Of a stretch of 64,000 nt of DNA, positions 13,160 to 25,618 are shown piece after piece. The stretch's first letter is position 1, and each line of letters starts with the position of its first letter. This DNA is from Felis catus. Taxonomy: Eukaryota. The stretch lies in NCBI RefSeq assembly GCF_018350175.1, contig NC_058368.1:140432001-140496000 (forward strand). The letters run 5' to 3'. The notes beneath the pieces are model-generated. The model was not told the DNA's origin, made no database searches, and was given only the letters and a program-made list of their open reading frames with translations. A program made the translations under genes and the position numbers.

Positions 13160-13720
13160 TTAACCTGTGCCAGTGAGTCAGCTGTGTCCTCGCTTGGCAG
13201 ATGTCTCCTGTCCTTGTGGCATTTACCGTTGAGCAGGACAGACAGAGACATAAACTAAGGGGTTGTGAGAGGATTGGCTTAGAACATGGAGCTGGGTAAT
13301 TTGCTGCTTCCAGTCCATCATACTCTGTTCCCTAGCAGGCAGGCCATTATGGATAGTCTATAGGCTCCCTTGCCCTCTGGCATTTGGGAGATAAGTCACC
13401 ATGTGTGTTTTCCTCGCTTCCACCTTCCCCAGGCTGTTGGTTAGAGGTGGTGCTGAGTTCCTCTGCCGAAAGACACAACTCCTGTTTAGATGGCCCTCCT
13501 CTGCTGTTGCTGCAATTACGTTCTTGATGCAACCATTTTGTCCTCTTGTCCCTTCAGACCTAGGGATAGCGCTCCACTGTGGCTAGCTCCTGGGGACCTC
13601 AAATCCTTGCTAGTTTCCCTTACCTTTTTCATACTTTTGTAAATCGTGCTGTCATTAAACTCTTTTCTTTACCCTGTTTGAGTACCATTTCTTTCCTGCC
13701 TGTACCCTGAATAGCTAGAC
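13160..13720 (+). mobile_element. Probable ERVL-class solo LTR (LTR33/LTR16-like)
   Basis: 3' end attaaactcttttc…tttgagtaccatttctttcctgcctgtaccctgaatag resembles LTR33-type termini. 5' boundary uncertain. Confidence 0.45.
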
Positions 13721-14414
13721 AATATCCCAAATGAAAAAGTTGAGGCTTAGATATCAGTGAATAACAGAACTGGGGTTAGAATCTAGTCTATTTTGTGTCA
13801 AAGCCTGATTCTTAAACTCACTGTTTTACTATTTGCCTGTAGTGACTTAGAGATTCTTACTATCATCTTGAAATTGAAGAGAAACCTGAGGGAAGTTGGC
13901 CACCTGTTGCATGTGAACATTGTTAGGATGCTAAACAACAAACTACCTCCTGCACTTTTAAATTAGTGATGTACTTCAATTCAGCCTCTGTAGTTCAGAG
14001 TTTTTTGTTACTTTCTTTGGGAATTGCCATCAGGATTATTTTATCAGGAAGGGGAAAAAATCTAAAGTAATAAAATGTTCAATTTGCCACTTAATTTTCT
14101 AGGCTTGGCTCAAGTTGACTAGTGGTTGTTGGCAAACATCTGATCCTATCTTTAAGGACCAAGTTTCAGGACATTTAAAAGAAATGCATAATTAAGTTGA
14201 AGGGCATTCCAAAAGGAGCATCTAAAAATGTCCTCAGTAATGCATCCAAGTTGGAATGAACATAGAGCTTCTTGGCCAGTTATTTTGGAAGGTAACATAT
14301 TTTATTTCTATGTGTGATCTCTTGACTTAGAAATACCAGAATTTTATCATGTTACCTGAGTCTCCTCCTCTCACTGCCCATTATTTATTGCCTTATAACC
14401 AGACTGCTCTTTGA

Positions 14415-14860
14415 GGCAACATAACTTAATGGTTAAGAGCTGGGCCATTGAGGGGCCCCTGGGTGGCTCATCAGTTAAGCATCTCACTTTGGCTGCGGTC
14501 ATGATCTCCTGGTCTGTGGGTTCAAGCCCTGCATCAGGCTCTGATATTTCAGAACCTGGAGCCTGCTTCAGATTCTGTGTCTCCCTCTCTCTCTGCCCCT
14601 CCCCCGCTCACTCTCTTCCTCTCTCTCTCAAAAATAATTATTAGAAAAAAAAAAAAAGCTGGGCCATTGAGTCATGCTGCACTGGTGCCATCCAGGCTCC
14701 ACAAATACCTACTGAGTGTCACAGGGCTCTGTGCCTTGGTTTCCTTATTTGATAAGTGAAACTAATAGTACCTACCTTACAGTTTTGGGGAGGATTAAAG
14801 TAATTATGAAAGGGTTTAGGAGAATGTCTAGTACCACTATATAAATGCTAAGTAGTGGCT
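14415..14860 (+). mobile_element. MIR (interrupted by the SINE)
   Basis: aatggttaagagc … ctctgtgccttggtttcctt…aatagtacctacctt…gaggattaaa. Confidence 0.7.
14452..14656 (+). mobile_element. Can-SINE inserted into a MIR
   Basis: TSD agctgggccattga at 14438-14451 and 14657-14670. Confidence 0.93.
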
Positions 14861-15118
14861 AGCATGTTGAGTTTTTTGTTTATCTCTGATCATCATCATC
14901 TTCAGTCTGGATTCCATTGATCCTTCTGTCCTTTGTGTAATCACATTCCTTCATAGACCTTGTCCATCAAACTTTAGTGAGTTTCTTCTTGGAAAGATAC
15001 GGAAATTAACTCCCTGTAGTTCCTACTTTTGAAGAGGTTGTATCCAAATCCTGGCATGGAGAAAAGGAACCGAAGGAGAAAGAAGAGATTAGGAACCTGG
15101 TGGGAAAGGGAGCATGCT

Positions 15119-15141
15119 GGGGGGGGGGGGGGGGGGGGGGG
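15119..15141. repeat. Poly-G homopolymer (G23)
   Basis: Uninterrupted G run. Confidence 0.95.
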
Positions 15142-16664
15142 AGGGAGTTGTTGGTTTGTTTGTTTCTGTTTGTTTTTACAAAGCTAGTACTTAGGATTCA
15201 GCCCCACATTTGGGGTGGTTTCTATTGAGTCTGATGTTAATAAGCCAGGTACCTTTGTCATTCAGTTACTACCTCCTGTGCCTCTGTTTGGAGTTTGCAA
15301 AGTGTTGTTAATGTTTCTTACTTCCTACCTTCCAGTTAACTTGGTGGACCTCTTGCATGACAAGCATCCCTCTTGCATCAGACATATAATAGATATCAAA
15401 ATCAAAGGAATTTTGCTTTAAGAAGTTATGCATGAGAAATCCCCGTCTGCCATAAATAAAGAGAGCATTCAAAGCCTGAATGTGGAGTAGGAATGGGAGA
15501 AGGATGGCGCATGGAGAGTGAAGTTCAGGCCTCGGGAGGAGTAGGGAAATGGCACCCAGCGCTCCCTGCCGTTGACTCTAGAAATCAGAAAGAGCTGTTC
15601 TACCCACAGTATGGGGAGTTGAAAAACTCTGCCCCTGGCTAGAGAATGGCCATGGGAAAAAAAAAAAAAGAGAGGAACTGGCCAAAAAAACTGGGACCCA
15701 AAGCTGGGTCACTCACAGATGAGGTAGTGAAATTCTTATCCATGGGCTCAGAGCCCTTCCATCTCAGACGTTAACACAAAGTTGTCTAAAACCAGTGGGG
15801 AAGGTTAAGGGAGCTATAAAAAGGGATTGGGCTATAAGACCCTTGTTGATAATATATCTACTCTACCTCTCAAATTTTCTTTAGGGGATGTTGTAATTCT
15901 CTTCTTCCCACCCTTCCAATGAAAATAAAAACTTATGGTATGATTTATTATAAGAACTCTTTCTTAACTTCCAATTGCCTGATCTCATTTCCTTTAATGA
16001 AAACGGTATTGCAGTAAAATTAGGTTATAACAGTTAAAGTCTTGATCCTAATACAGGCCTATGCGTTGACTTATCCCACGGGATAGCTCTAATAATGCAT
16101 AAGAAGACTGTGCGTGCTGGGTGTATGGAATGGGGAGGGGAAGGAAGGTGAGTCCTTTTTCACTCAGAGTACACTGACTTCATTTTTAGAGCCACAGGCC
16201 AGGTCTGAGAGCACATCTGGCCACTCATGCCTCCTTCACTTGGGATGAAGAGATTAAACATTGAGTGTGTGTAAACCTGTCTCACTTACCTGAGTCACTA
16301 CTCAGCCAGAGGCCCCCACTCCCACCTCCTTTTTTTTTTTTCTCCTAAGTTCACATTCATCTAACAGTATGATACAGGAATAAAGACAAAATTCTTTCTG
16401 CCTCAATCTGAGGAGATTCATTAAGAGCTTAAATAAACCATGTCCTGGTTGAAGATTTTCTCTGGAACAGGCTGTACCATGGGAATGCCACAGTTAATAA
16501 TGAGAAAACACATTCAAGTTAATCATTTTGAGAGTTTTAAATCCTCTTTATAGAACCTCATTTCAGTATAATAGCTATGACACATAAAACAGGTGGAAAC
16601 AAAGGTTATGGTAGATGCACAAACTTTAAAGTTCAACATTATCCCCTTGTATATATACAAAGGG

Positions 16665-16870
16665 TCAGAGCTGTGGATGGAAGAGCATGGGTTCTAGAAC
16701 CTTAAACTGGCCTGCCTGGCACTGGGGCTTTGGGCAAGTCCTTAGCTGTCTGAGCCATGTTCTTCTCTGTAAATTAGGGTTCTCTGTCTAGCAGGGTTGT
16801 GGAGAAGATCAGTAATTACATGTCAGGCCACTGGCACGAAGCCTGGTAAATTAACAAATGGCAGATGTTA
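16665..16870 (+). mobile_element. MIR remnant
   Basis: ttgggcaagtcccttagctgtctgagccatgttcttctctgtaaa…ctggcacgaag. Confidence 0.65.
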
Positions 16871-17094
16871 CGGGACATGGCATTTCATGTCTCAGATACA
16901 CCCAGGGTTTGTCATAGAGCAGGCGTTCAGCTGTAGACTTAATTGCTGCAGTTTTAGCACATCTATTGGGCAAACTGTAGAGTAGTTTTATGAGATACTT
17001 GTATAAAACTTTAATCCTTAACACTTCTTTTTTTCATACCAAACTTACTTTGGTGCATTTTTCTTTGTCACTTTTTCAAAAACAGGTAGGGCAT

Positions 17095-17760
17095 TGAGTA
17101 CAAAATCCACAAACTGATAAAAATGGGAAAGGTAGGCTCTTCCTTTCAGTAGACAGCCTTCCAATTGTAGAAGGAATAATGGAGTTAGGAAATCTTTAAT
17201 AGATGCTGATAGTGGTGGATGAAACTTTGATAAAGAAAAGGTTATTTATATAGTCTCAAGGTATCTCCCCACAAATGACTTACTTGTTGGGGGAGGGGGA
17301 AGTATAAGCATAGTGGAGAAATCTGGTATACCTCTCCTTGACCAAGTGATTAAAGTTAACGTCATCCATGTGGAAATAAACCAACATCCCCTGCCTCCTG
17401 ATTTGAGTGTGTGAAATCACACAACTTGAGTTTTGTGTGGTAAGTGCAAAAACTGCATATTCTGAATCAAATCCTAAGGAAACATCAGACAAGTCTAAGC
17501 TGGTAGACATACTATAAAATGGTCTGTAATCCTCAAAAACATAAGATCAACAAAGATAAAGGCTGACAATTCAAGATTAAAAGAGGGTAGGCGTGGGACA
17601 GAAAGCCATAAAGAACGTTCATTACTGGGATAAGTGGTGAGACTTGACTGTGGGTTAGCTAATAGCATTGTATCAATATTAAATTTCCTGATTTGGATAA
17701 TTGTGCTGAGCTCATGCGGTAGGATGTCTTTGTTCTTAAGAAATACACACAACATAAAAT
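17095..17760 (+). mobile_element. Old L1 3' end (L1MC-like)
   Basis: tatctccccacaaatg…agtggagaaatctgg…gaccaagtgattaaagttaac…gtatcaatattaaatttcctgattt…cttgttcttaagaaatacac. Confidence 0.75.
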
Positions 17761-18689
17761 AGCCTACAAGAAAAGAGGCACGGAAAATGCAGCCGTAGGC
17801 CAGAAAGGTTCACTTTTGCTGTTAGGTTTGCCAAGGGCTGTCTGGTCCGCTTTACTCTTGTCCCATTGAGACCTTGGGGGAGGTAAGCAGGATGCTGACA
17901 AAAAGAGAAAGGCATTTTCTCTGAGCAGAGGTGAAATACCCTATATTGAATGCCTTGTTACCTTTTTGGTGGATGAGTAACAAGGTGTGAGAAACCGATG
18001 AGAACGCCAGAAACAAAGGCCTAGCTGTGATCATTCTTCACCTATTTGAGTATTTTATTTAGATCTTTATTTTTTTTTAACAGCCTCCAGGTGGATGGCG
18101 TTATGAGAGCATCATTTAACTTTTTGAAAAATATTTTTCACACCTTAAGCTAATCTCAAATCATTAATACTGTTAAAGAGGAGATAGATGTAAAAGTATT
18201 CCCATTTAGCAGGTGAGGAAAACCCAGAGAGGTGCTCACTGTGGTTCCTCTCACACCTTGCACCTTCATCCTGTGTCCCGCAGGGATTGGGTTCTTTTCA
18301 ACCATGGATTCCTATGTGCTTGTTGGCAATACAAGGACACGTGTAAGTATAGGAGCAAACCTATCTTCTCCGGTATAGTTAAGCAGTAGTTCTTGTTTTG
18401 AAAGGAAATTGGACCAGAGAGATGCCATTTCTCATTTGAAACTCTTTGATTCTACAGAATTGGTGAAAAAGGCCACATTTGATTCGAGATCCATCTCTAT
18501 GTCGTGAGCCCTCTGGATATTCCTAAATTCATGCCTGTGAGGCTGGAGCCGGCAGGTGTCTATAGGACTCCCCCAGTGGTGTATAAGCCATCGGATCTGT
18601 TACTGTTCCTATGGGAATTGGTTGGCAAGCCCCCCCCCCCCCACCTCCCAGACCCAGCTGTCTGCCTTTCTGACAAGTAGCAGAGTGGT

Positions 18690-18892
18690 CAAGGGTGGGG
18701 CACTGGGGCTGGGATGCTAGCCTGTGTTTTTCGGCTCTGCCGCTTGCCCCCTCTGGACTGTGGGCAAGGATCATGCTTCAGGTGACAATAATAATAGAAC
18801 ATACCTCACAGCTTTATAGTGAAGACTAAATGAGTTAGTACCTGCGAAGATGTTAGAACCACGCCTGGCATTATACAAAGTGCTATGTAAAC
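18690..18892 (+). mobile_element. MIR remnant
   Basis: ataatagaacatacctcacag…aaatgagttag…cacgcctggcat…aagtgctatgtaaa. Confidence 0.65.
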
Positions 18893-19540
18893 ATTTTTTT
18901 AAATCGTGGTAAAATACACATAATTCTCATATTAACCGTTTTAAGCATACAGTTCTGTGGTATTAAGTATATTCACCATCCATCTCTAGAATATTGCATC
19001 TTCCCAAGCTGGCGCTCTGTACCCATTAAATACCAACTCCTCATTCCCCCCTCCCAGCAGCCTCTGGCAACCACCCTTCTACTTGTTGTTTATGCTTTTG
19101 AATATCCTAAGTGCTTCATAGGAGATTGTGTGGTATTTATCTTTCTCTGGAACAACTCATTTCACTTAGCATAAAGTCCTCAGTGATCATCCATATTGTA
19201 ACAGGTGTCAGAATTTCCTTCCTTTGGAAGGCCAACTTGTATTCCATTGTATGTATAGACCATATTTTGTTTATCCATTTCTCTGTTGGTGGACACTTGG
19301 GTCGCTTCCACCTTTCAGCTATTTTGAGTAACGCTTCCTTGAATGTGGGTGTGCCCGTGCCTGTTCAACTCCATGCTTTCACTTGTTTGGGTTGTATACC
19401 CAGAAGTGGCATTATTGGATCACCCGGTAATTCTGTGTTTAATTTTTTGAGGAAACACCATTTTCTACAGGGATTGTACCATTTTGCATTTCTACCAGCA
19501 GTGTGCATGGGTTCTAAATTCTCCACATCCTATTTCTTTT
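18893..19540 (-). mobile_element. L1 3' end (L1MA/MB-type), antisense
   Basis: ggcaaccacccttctact…tattccattgtatgtatagaccatattttgtttatccatt…tatacccagaagtgg…tttttgaggaaac. Confidence 0.85.
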
Positions 19541-19563
19541 TGTAAATAAGCTTTTTTTATGTA

Positions 19564-19777
19564 GGGGCGCCTGGGTGGCTCAGTCGGTTGGGCGGCCAGC
19601 TTCAGCTCAGGTCATGGTCTCACAGCTGGTGAGTTCGAGCCCTGCATGTGGCTCTGTGCTGACAGCTCGGAGCCTGGAGCCTGCTTCAGAGTCTGTGTCT
19701 CCCTCTCTCTTGCCCCTCCCCCTGCTCACGTTCTGTCTCTCTCTGTCTCTCAAAAATAAATAAACGTTTTTTAAAAA
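19564..19777 (+). mobile_element. Can-SINE
   Basis: Canonical head, (CT)n, aaataaataaacg. Confidence 0.93.
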
Positions 19778-19906
19778 GTAAGCTTTTTCACGTCTAAAAA
19801 CATTGGGGGTATTTATTTAACAAACACCAGTCTAATCAGTGTTGGTTAAGTTGTAGCTTTAGCCTTTTCAAGGAGAGAGAGGGGTGAGCAAGGTATTTTG
19901 AGTTGA

Positions 19907-20360
19907 GGGGCACCTGGGTGCCTCATTCAGTTAAGAAGATCATGATTTCGGGGCGCCTGGGTGGCGCAGTCGGTTGAGCGTCCGACTTCAGCCAGGTCAC
20001 GATCTCGCGGTCCGTGAGTTCGAGCCCCGCGTCAGGCTCTGGGCTGATGGCTCAGAGCCTGGAGCCTGTTTCTGATTCTGTGTCTCCCTCTCTCTCTGCC
20101 CCTCCCCCGTTCATGCTCTGTCTCTCTCTGTCCGAAAAATAAATAAACGTTGAAAAAAAAATAAAAAAAAAAAAAAAGAAGATCATGATTTCAACTCAGG
20201 TCATGATCTCACGGTTCGTGGGCTCAAGCACTGCATCAGGCTCTGTACTGACAGCTCAGAGCCTGGAGCCTGCTTCAGATTCTGTGTCTCCCTGTCTCTC
20301 TCTGTCCCTCCCCACCCCCTCTCTCTTTCTCTCTCGAAAATAAACAAACAGTAAAAAATT
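19907..20360 (+). mobile_element. Older Can-SINE split by a nested insertion
   Basis: Head ggggcacctgggtgcctcattcagtt at 19907; resumes aactcaggtcatgatctc at 20193. Confidence 0.9.
19950..20175 (+). mobile_element. Young SINEC_Fc nested in the SINE above
   Basis: 17-bp TSD aagaagatcatgatttc at 19933-19949 and 20176-20192. Confidence 0.95.
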
Positions 20361-21414
20361 TAGAAAAGATATTTTAACTAGAGAAGTTTGGGGAAATGTT
20401 TTGGTTAATGAGATACTAATTAAAATGTTTACCATCAAAACTTGTACCCAAACCTTAATTCTGTATTTCCTGCCCCCACCACCAGAACTCCCACTGTACT
20501 CTACTTTTAAGGATAAAGGCAATTCATAACAGGTATGCTCACGCCAAGAACTTAGAACCAAAGAGCTTTTTGGTTCGTGTGCTGGAGTGTGTAGAGAATG
20601 AGCTTGCTCAGTTGTATCTACCAAATTGGAGTACATCTACCTTCCAAGAGTTTTTAATAACTTGAATGAGTTTTAGTAACTTGAGTTTTAATAACTTGAA
20701 TGAAGAACAGAAGAACCAGCTCAGCTCTGAAAAAAGATGTGGAAAAACAGATGGGATGAGAAGTTCTGGTTCCTCTTGGACCCACAGTGTGAGTGGATGC
20801 TGCAGGTAGCCGTGCACTAAGACCGTCCTCCCGTTCCATGTGCAGTTCCGGTGAGCCCTGTGGATCACCAGGAGGGGTATTGATGCAGGGCAGAGGCAGA
20901 CGCTGGAGGGCTGATGGGATGAGTAGATCCGCTGCCTCCAATGAGATGTTCCCCGGGAACCACGCCTCCCGGCTGCTTCTCTGCCTAGATTTGCCTGCGC
21001 ATGTGCAGCCGAGTGTGAGCTGAGCTGGGTCAGCGCCTGAGACCTCTGCGCTGTGAAACCCGGTGCCGGCGGGGTGCAGACCCAGGCAACCAGCAGGGTA
21101 TACAAGACACATCTGCTTTCAATGCCAACTATACTAAATTTGGAGGTGGGGACTCCTATTCAAATACTGAACCACAAATGGGGGAGTGGAATGCACAGTG
21201 GATGATTTCTAAAAGAGTGACACTGAAATTAGATAACTTATGCTTATTGGCCTTGGAGCCCTGCCCCTGCATTCTTCTCTTCACCCCAGTTCTTTCCATG
21301 TGTTTAGTCTCTTCTGCATTTAGGGATATTTTTTTTTTTTATGATAAAAGGCATTAATACACAGCAGTATGTGGAGGTCAAGAGAGGGCTTAGAAAGGCA
21401 GGTTTGCATCTCCT

Positions 21415-21585
21415 GAAGGCACTGTGCTGGTTAAGACCCACCGCCGCTAGACTGTGTTCCCCGCATGTCAGCTGTGATCTTGAGCAAATGATTCAGCTGT
21501 CCCAAGTCTCTGTTGGCACATCTGTAAACTGTAAATAATACCAGTGTCATAGAATCACTGTAGGTTAAATGCAATAATATTAGAG
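21415..21585 (+). mobile_element. MIR remnant
   Basis: ggttaagacc…gctgtgatcttgagcaaatg…catctgtaaa…ataataccagtgtcatag. Confidence 0.65.
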
Positions 21586-24500
21586 CCACAAGAAACTGCC
21601 CTGGGAGTCCTGGGGGGCGGGGGGCACGGAAGGGTGGATGTGAAGGAGCCAGAGCCTCCCCAGCTGCTTCTACTGGCTCCCTCTTGGCTCCTCTGCTAAC
21701 TTAATCCCGTAGGAGAGCTTCTAAATGCTGCAATTCACAGACGTCTTCATTTTCTTTCTGGACCTCTTCTCTTTGTCCTGCTTCTAGACTCTTATTCTTT
21801 CCAGCGTGATCTCAACAGGAAAGGAAGGCTGGCATGGGAGAGGGTCTGGAGCTGCCTGGGACCATTGCAGAGGAATCCACCTCAGAGGGCAGAAAACCAT
21901 TGAATGTGCTGCTCGAGCCTCTCTGACTAGTGGAGGCATCAAGTTGGCAGTGGACGGTGGACTAGGAGAGGGCGTGGGAAGCATGGATTTTGAAGAGCAG
22001 ATCTAGGACTTGCTCCTTAATCTCCATCCCCGCCTCCTGGGATGCAACGCTGAACACGTTCCAAAGGAAAGCAAATCGTTCTTGACCGAATACTGGTGAA
22101 CTGGCAAACTAAGGAGCTTGGCTTGAGTATTTAATAGTAATTACATTGATTTATGTCACTGCTTTAACAACTGATGCCCAGTGAACTATATATGATTCTG
22201 TTGCAATTATGTGTGTTATTAGATGTGCCGGGTTAGCTTTGTTGAGAGAGCTTTTATCAATGGAATGGAAGTCTGCCCTGCTCTTTGATTGTGAGCTATC
22301 ATGTGATCTCCTCGCTGTCATCAGACACTTGTACTCGTTTCACCTACACTGCTTAGAAGCAGCTGTCAAGAGTCCTGGGGAGCCTCCCTGTTCCTCTTAA
22401 GAAATTCAGAGCCGCTTGGAAGGGTGGCGAGGGGCTGATTGGAAACTCTGAGGGCTAAGGAGTGGGGCCAAAGATAATGCATAAGACTGCATCTTGAAGT
22501 GCACATGCAGTTTACCTGTTCTTGATTTACCTCTCTAGCTGTGTTTCCCCACCCAGCCCTCTCTCCCCCTCTTAAAACCTGACTTCAAACACATGTCATG
22601 GAGAACAGTGGCCCTGAATAATCCCATTATTGAATAATCTTTTCTCTTCCCCTTGGCTTTTCTGTTCTTTGTCTTATAATTAATTTGTCCTTTTTCCAAA
22701 GGAGCTTTCTAACTTTTCTCCCACATTAAATACATGTTCTGTTAGATTTTAAGCTATTAGGGGCACTGAATCCTTTCTTCCACCCTATTCCATCCCTTCT
22801 CTCTACCCTTGACGTGCACTGTAAGTGTTTAGCCTTCGGTAAGAGACTGCCACATACCAAAAGAAACACATTCTGTTTTGTATTTATTGGTTTTAATTAC
22901 AAGGCATTTGGAAGGCATTTTAGCACTCTGCGTCTTCATAAGTTTCTGTCAGCATTTTGCACCTAGTGGACCGATAGTAAGTTTCCAGCTTCACTTGGCT
23001 TCATAATCACGGACACTTGTGCTGCACAAATGCTAACGAGGCTCTCGTGTCTGAAGTAGAAACGATGACTTAACTCTGAAATTGTATTCAGATCCTCTCA
23101 GGAGCTTGGTGGCTGACACACACTTTGGCTGTCTCCTCTCATGTGCGGTGGACATGTGGTGCAATTTACGTACGGTACCATAGTCCGTTCCCCAGCCAAG
23201 AAAGAAATGCCAGAGGGAGACCAGTTATTAATTTAAGTCTGAAGCAGAAGAGCATGAATTCTGCTTCATGCGCTTGCTGTCCTGACTGTTGTATAAAGCT
23301 TTTGAGTTTTGGACTAAGGGAGCATAATATGTGAAAATCTCAGTCTCGTTCATTGCGCTTATAGGAACATCCACTTTTCTAAACTTGGGACCTCGTACTG
23401 CGTGTTCGAACAAAAAGCACGCAACAAGCCAAAACCAAAATATTTTCAGCTTTGTTGCCCAAGTGGGGTAAATTCTTTCCCACAAGAGAGCCGTTCCCAG
23501 GGTATTTTACACACTTCTCAAGAAGTTTACAAAATCATGGTTTGTATACATTCTCTTCAGCCTGCAGAGTTGACGTTGGCCTCACCCACTCTTGCCAACT
23601 CCACTCCCTTCCCACCTCAGCCATTCTGTTTCCTCCTACTGCTCCCTGTACTGTTGACATAAAAGAATAAAAATACTTTTTCTCTCCTATAATAGGGTAC
23701 CTCCAAAAGTTTGCTAAAAACTAAACATAAGCCAAGTGTTGGTTTATAAGAACAAACCAGCTCTGTAATCTAGCTCTGAGACCTGGAGCAAAGCACTTAA
23801 ACCATTTTAGTCTTAGTCAAGTGGAAGTAATTTTTACTTGTCCATCTCTCTGATGGGGCTCTTAGAATGGTATGAGATAATTTTCATGGTAACACTTTAT
23901 AAATGTACAGAACTGCTATGAGACAGAAGAGCCTGATTTAATTGGTTCAAGTCCTGCTGCCTGATATTGGCCCCGTGGGTGGTGTCACATGATTTCTCAT
24001 GGGTCTGATTTCATGCAGACCTGAAATGTGTGGACTGGTGGTGATTTTCATGTCCTTCTTATAAACAGAGAAACTTCTTGGTCACAATAACTAGCCTAAA
24101 TTGTGTTAGCCCAAAAATCAGTTTGAAATGTATTCTCGATCCGTGACTGTATTGTCAGAATATCTCCGTTTGCATGGTATGATCCATTTGAGAGCTGAGT
24201 TTTTGGCATAGTTAGAAAATTGATTGTCCTGAATCATGTGTTAATTCACACTCACTAACAAACAGCATATGCTTGCATTAATAGTGCCCTTCTGTTCTAC
24301 ATCATAGCCTTCTAATTGAGTCTGTTACATTAAACTTGTCTTCTAAATATACGTTCAGATTGAAAGTCGGCTCCTTAGTATATTGCTAGAACAGTGGGGT
24401 GCTTCCACTTTTTTTTTTCTCTTTAATTGTACAAATTTGCCTTTATGTGAATTGGCATATTAGCGTGACTTACTGGTGCTGAGCCATTTCCACCTCCACC

Positions 24501-25156
24501 ATCTGAAGTCGCAAAAGGAGTTGGCTACTCCTTGGCTTCCTTTTTCTTCCCCCGTACCATGCTTTTCTTCATCCTGTTCATTCTGTTGCCAAATTCTGCC
24601 CTTGGAAAGCATCACTGCCTTTTTCTGTCTTGTCTCTAATTCAGACTCAGGAGGTTTCATGTCACACAGGCATGTTGGAGCCGCCTTTTCATTCTTCAGA
24701 TGAGGTCCCCTTCCATTCATTCCATTTCACTCTGGGCTTACCCTGTCTGTTGCCTCAGATAGCTTGTCACACCCAATCGTTTAGGCAGGTGGAGCCTTCA
24801 GACAGAAGATCCTGGCATTAGTCGTCTTCCTGTCTGCCATCTTTGAACTTGTGTGATCTTTTTTCCTCATTAAGCCTATTAATATTTGTTGCCCATTTTC
24901 AGTGTCGGCGGATCCTTCTCTAAAAGTTATGGAGCAATGGAGCAATTAGTGCATGGAAGGCATGCTTCCCAGCAGAATTGGCATTAAGGCTTGTTCCTCA
25001 TTTTCTTATTTTTCTGCAACTGAACATTAAAACACATTTAATCTTCCATTACTGAAACGGTACACATCAGTGGTATGGAGTATCTGGAAAATGTCTATGA
25101 ATCAAAAAAGCTCATGAAAAAACCCCAGCTCACTCCTTTTTAAGAACAAGTGCTTT

Positions 25157-25381
25157 GGGGCGCCTGGGTGGCGCAGTCGGTTAAGCGTCCAACTTCAGCC
25201 AGGTCACGATCTCGCGGTCCGGGAGTTCGAGCCCCGCGTCAGGCTCTGGGCTGATGGCTCAGAGCCTGGAGCCTGTTTCCGATTCTGTGTCTCCCTCTCT
25301 CTCTGCCCCTCCTCCGTTCATGCTCTGTGTTCATGCTCTGTCTCTCTTTGTCCCAAAAATAAATAAACGTGAAAAAAAAAA
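25157..25381 (+). mobile_element. Young SINEC_Fc
   Basis: TSD aagaacaagtgcttt at 25142-25156 and 25382-25396; internal 13-nt duplication. Confidence 0.95.
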
Positions 25382-25484
25382 AAGAACAAGTGCTTTAACA
25401 TTTGGTATTTCCTTGTAGGCATTTTCCCTCCCCCCCTTAATTATAGTTTATGTAATAACATAACCTTATATTATTTAAATTACA

Positions 25485-25618
25485 AATATATACCCACTAT
25501 ATATATGTACACATATATACGTATGTATTTATGTACATATATATACTGAATATATATGTATATACATTGTGTATACATATATACCGAATATATATATACA
25601 TCCAGTGTGTGTATACAT
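25485..25618. repeat. Degenerate (TA/TG/CA)n low-complexity tract
   Basis: tatatatgtacacatatatacgtatg…gaatatatatatacat. Confidence 0.8.
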
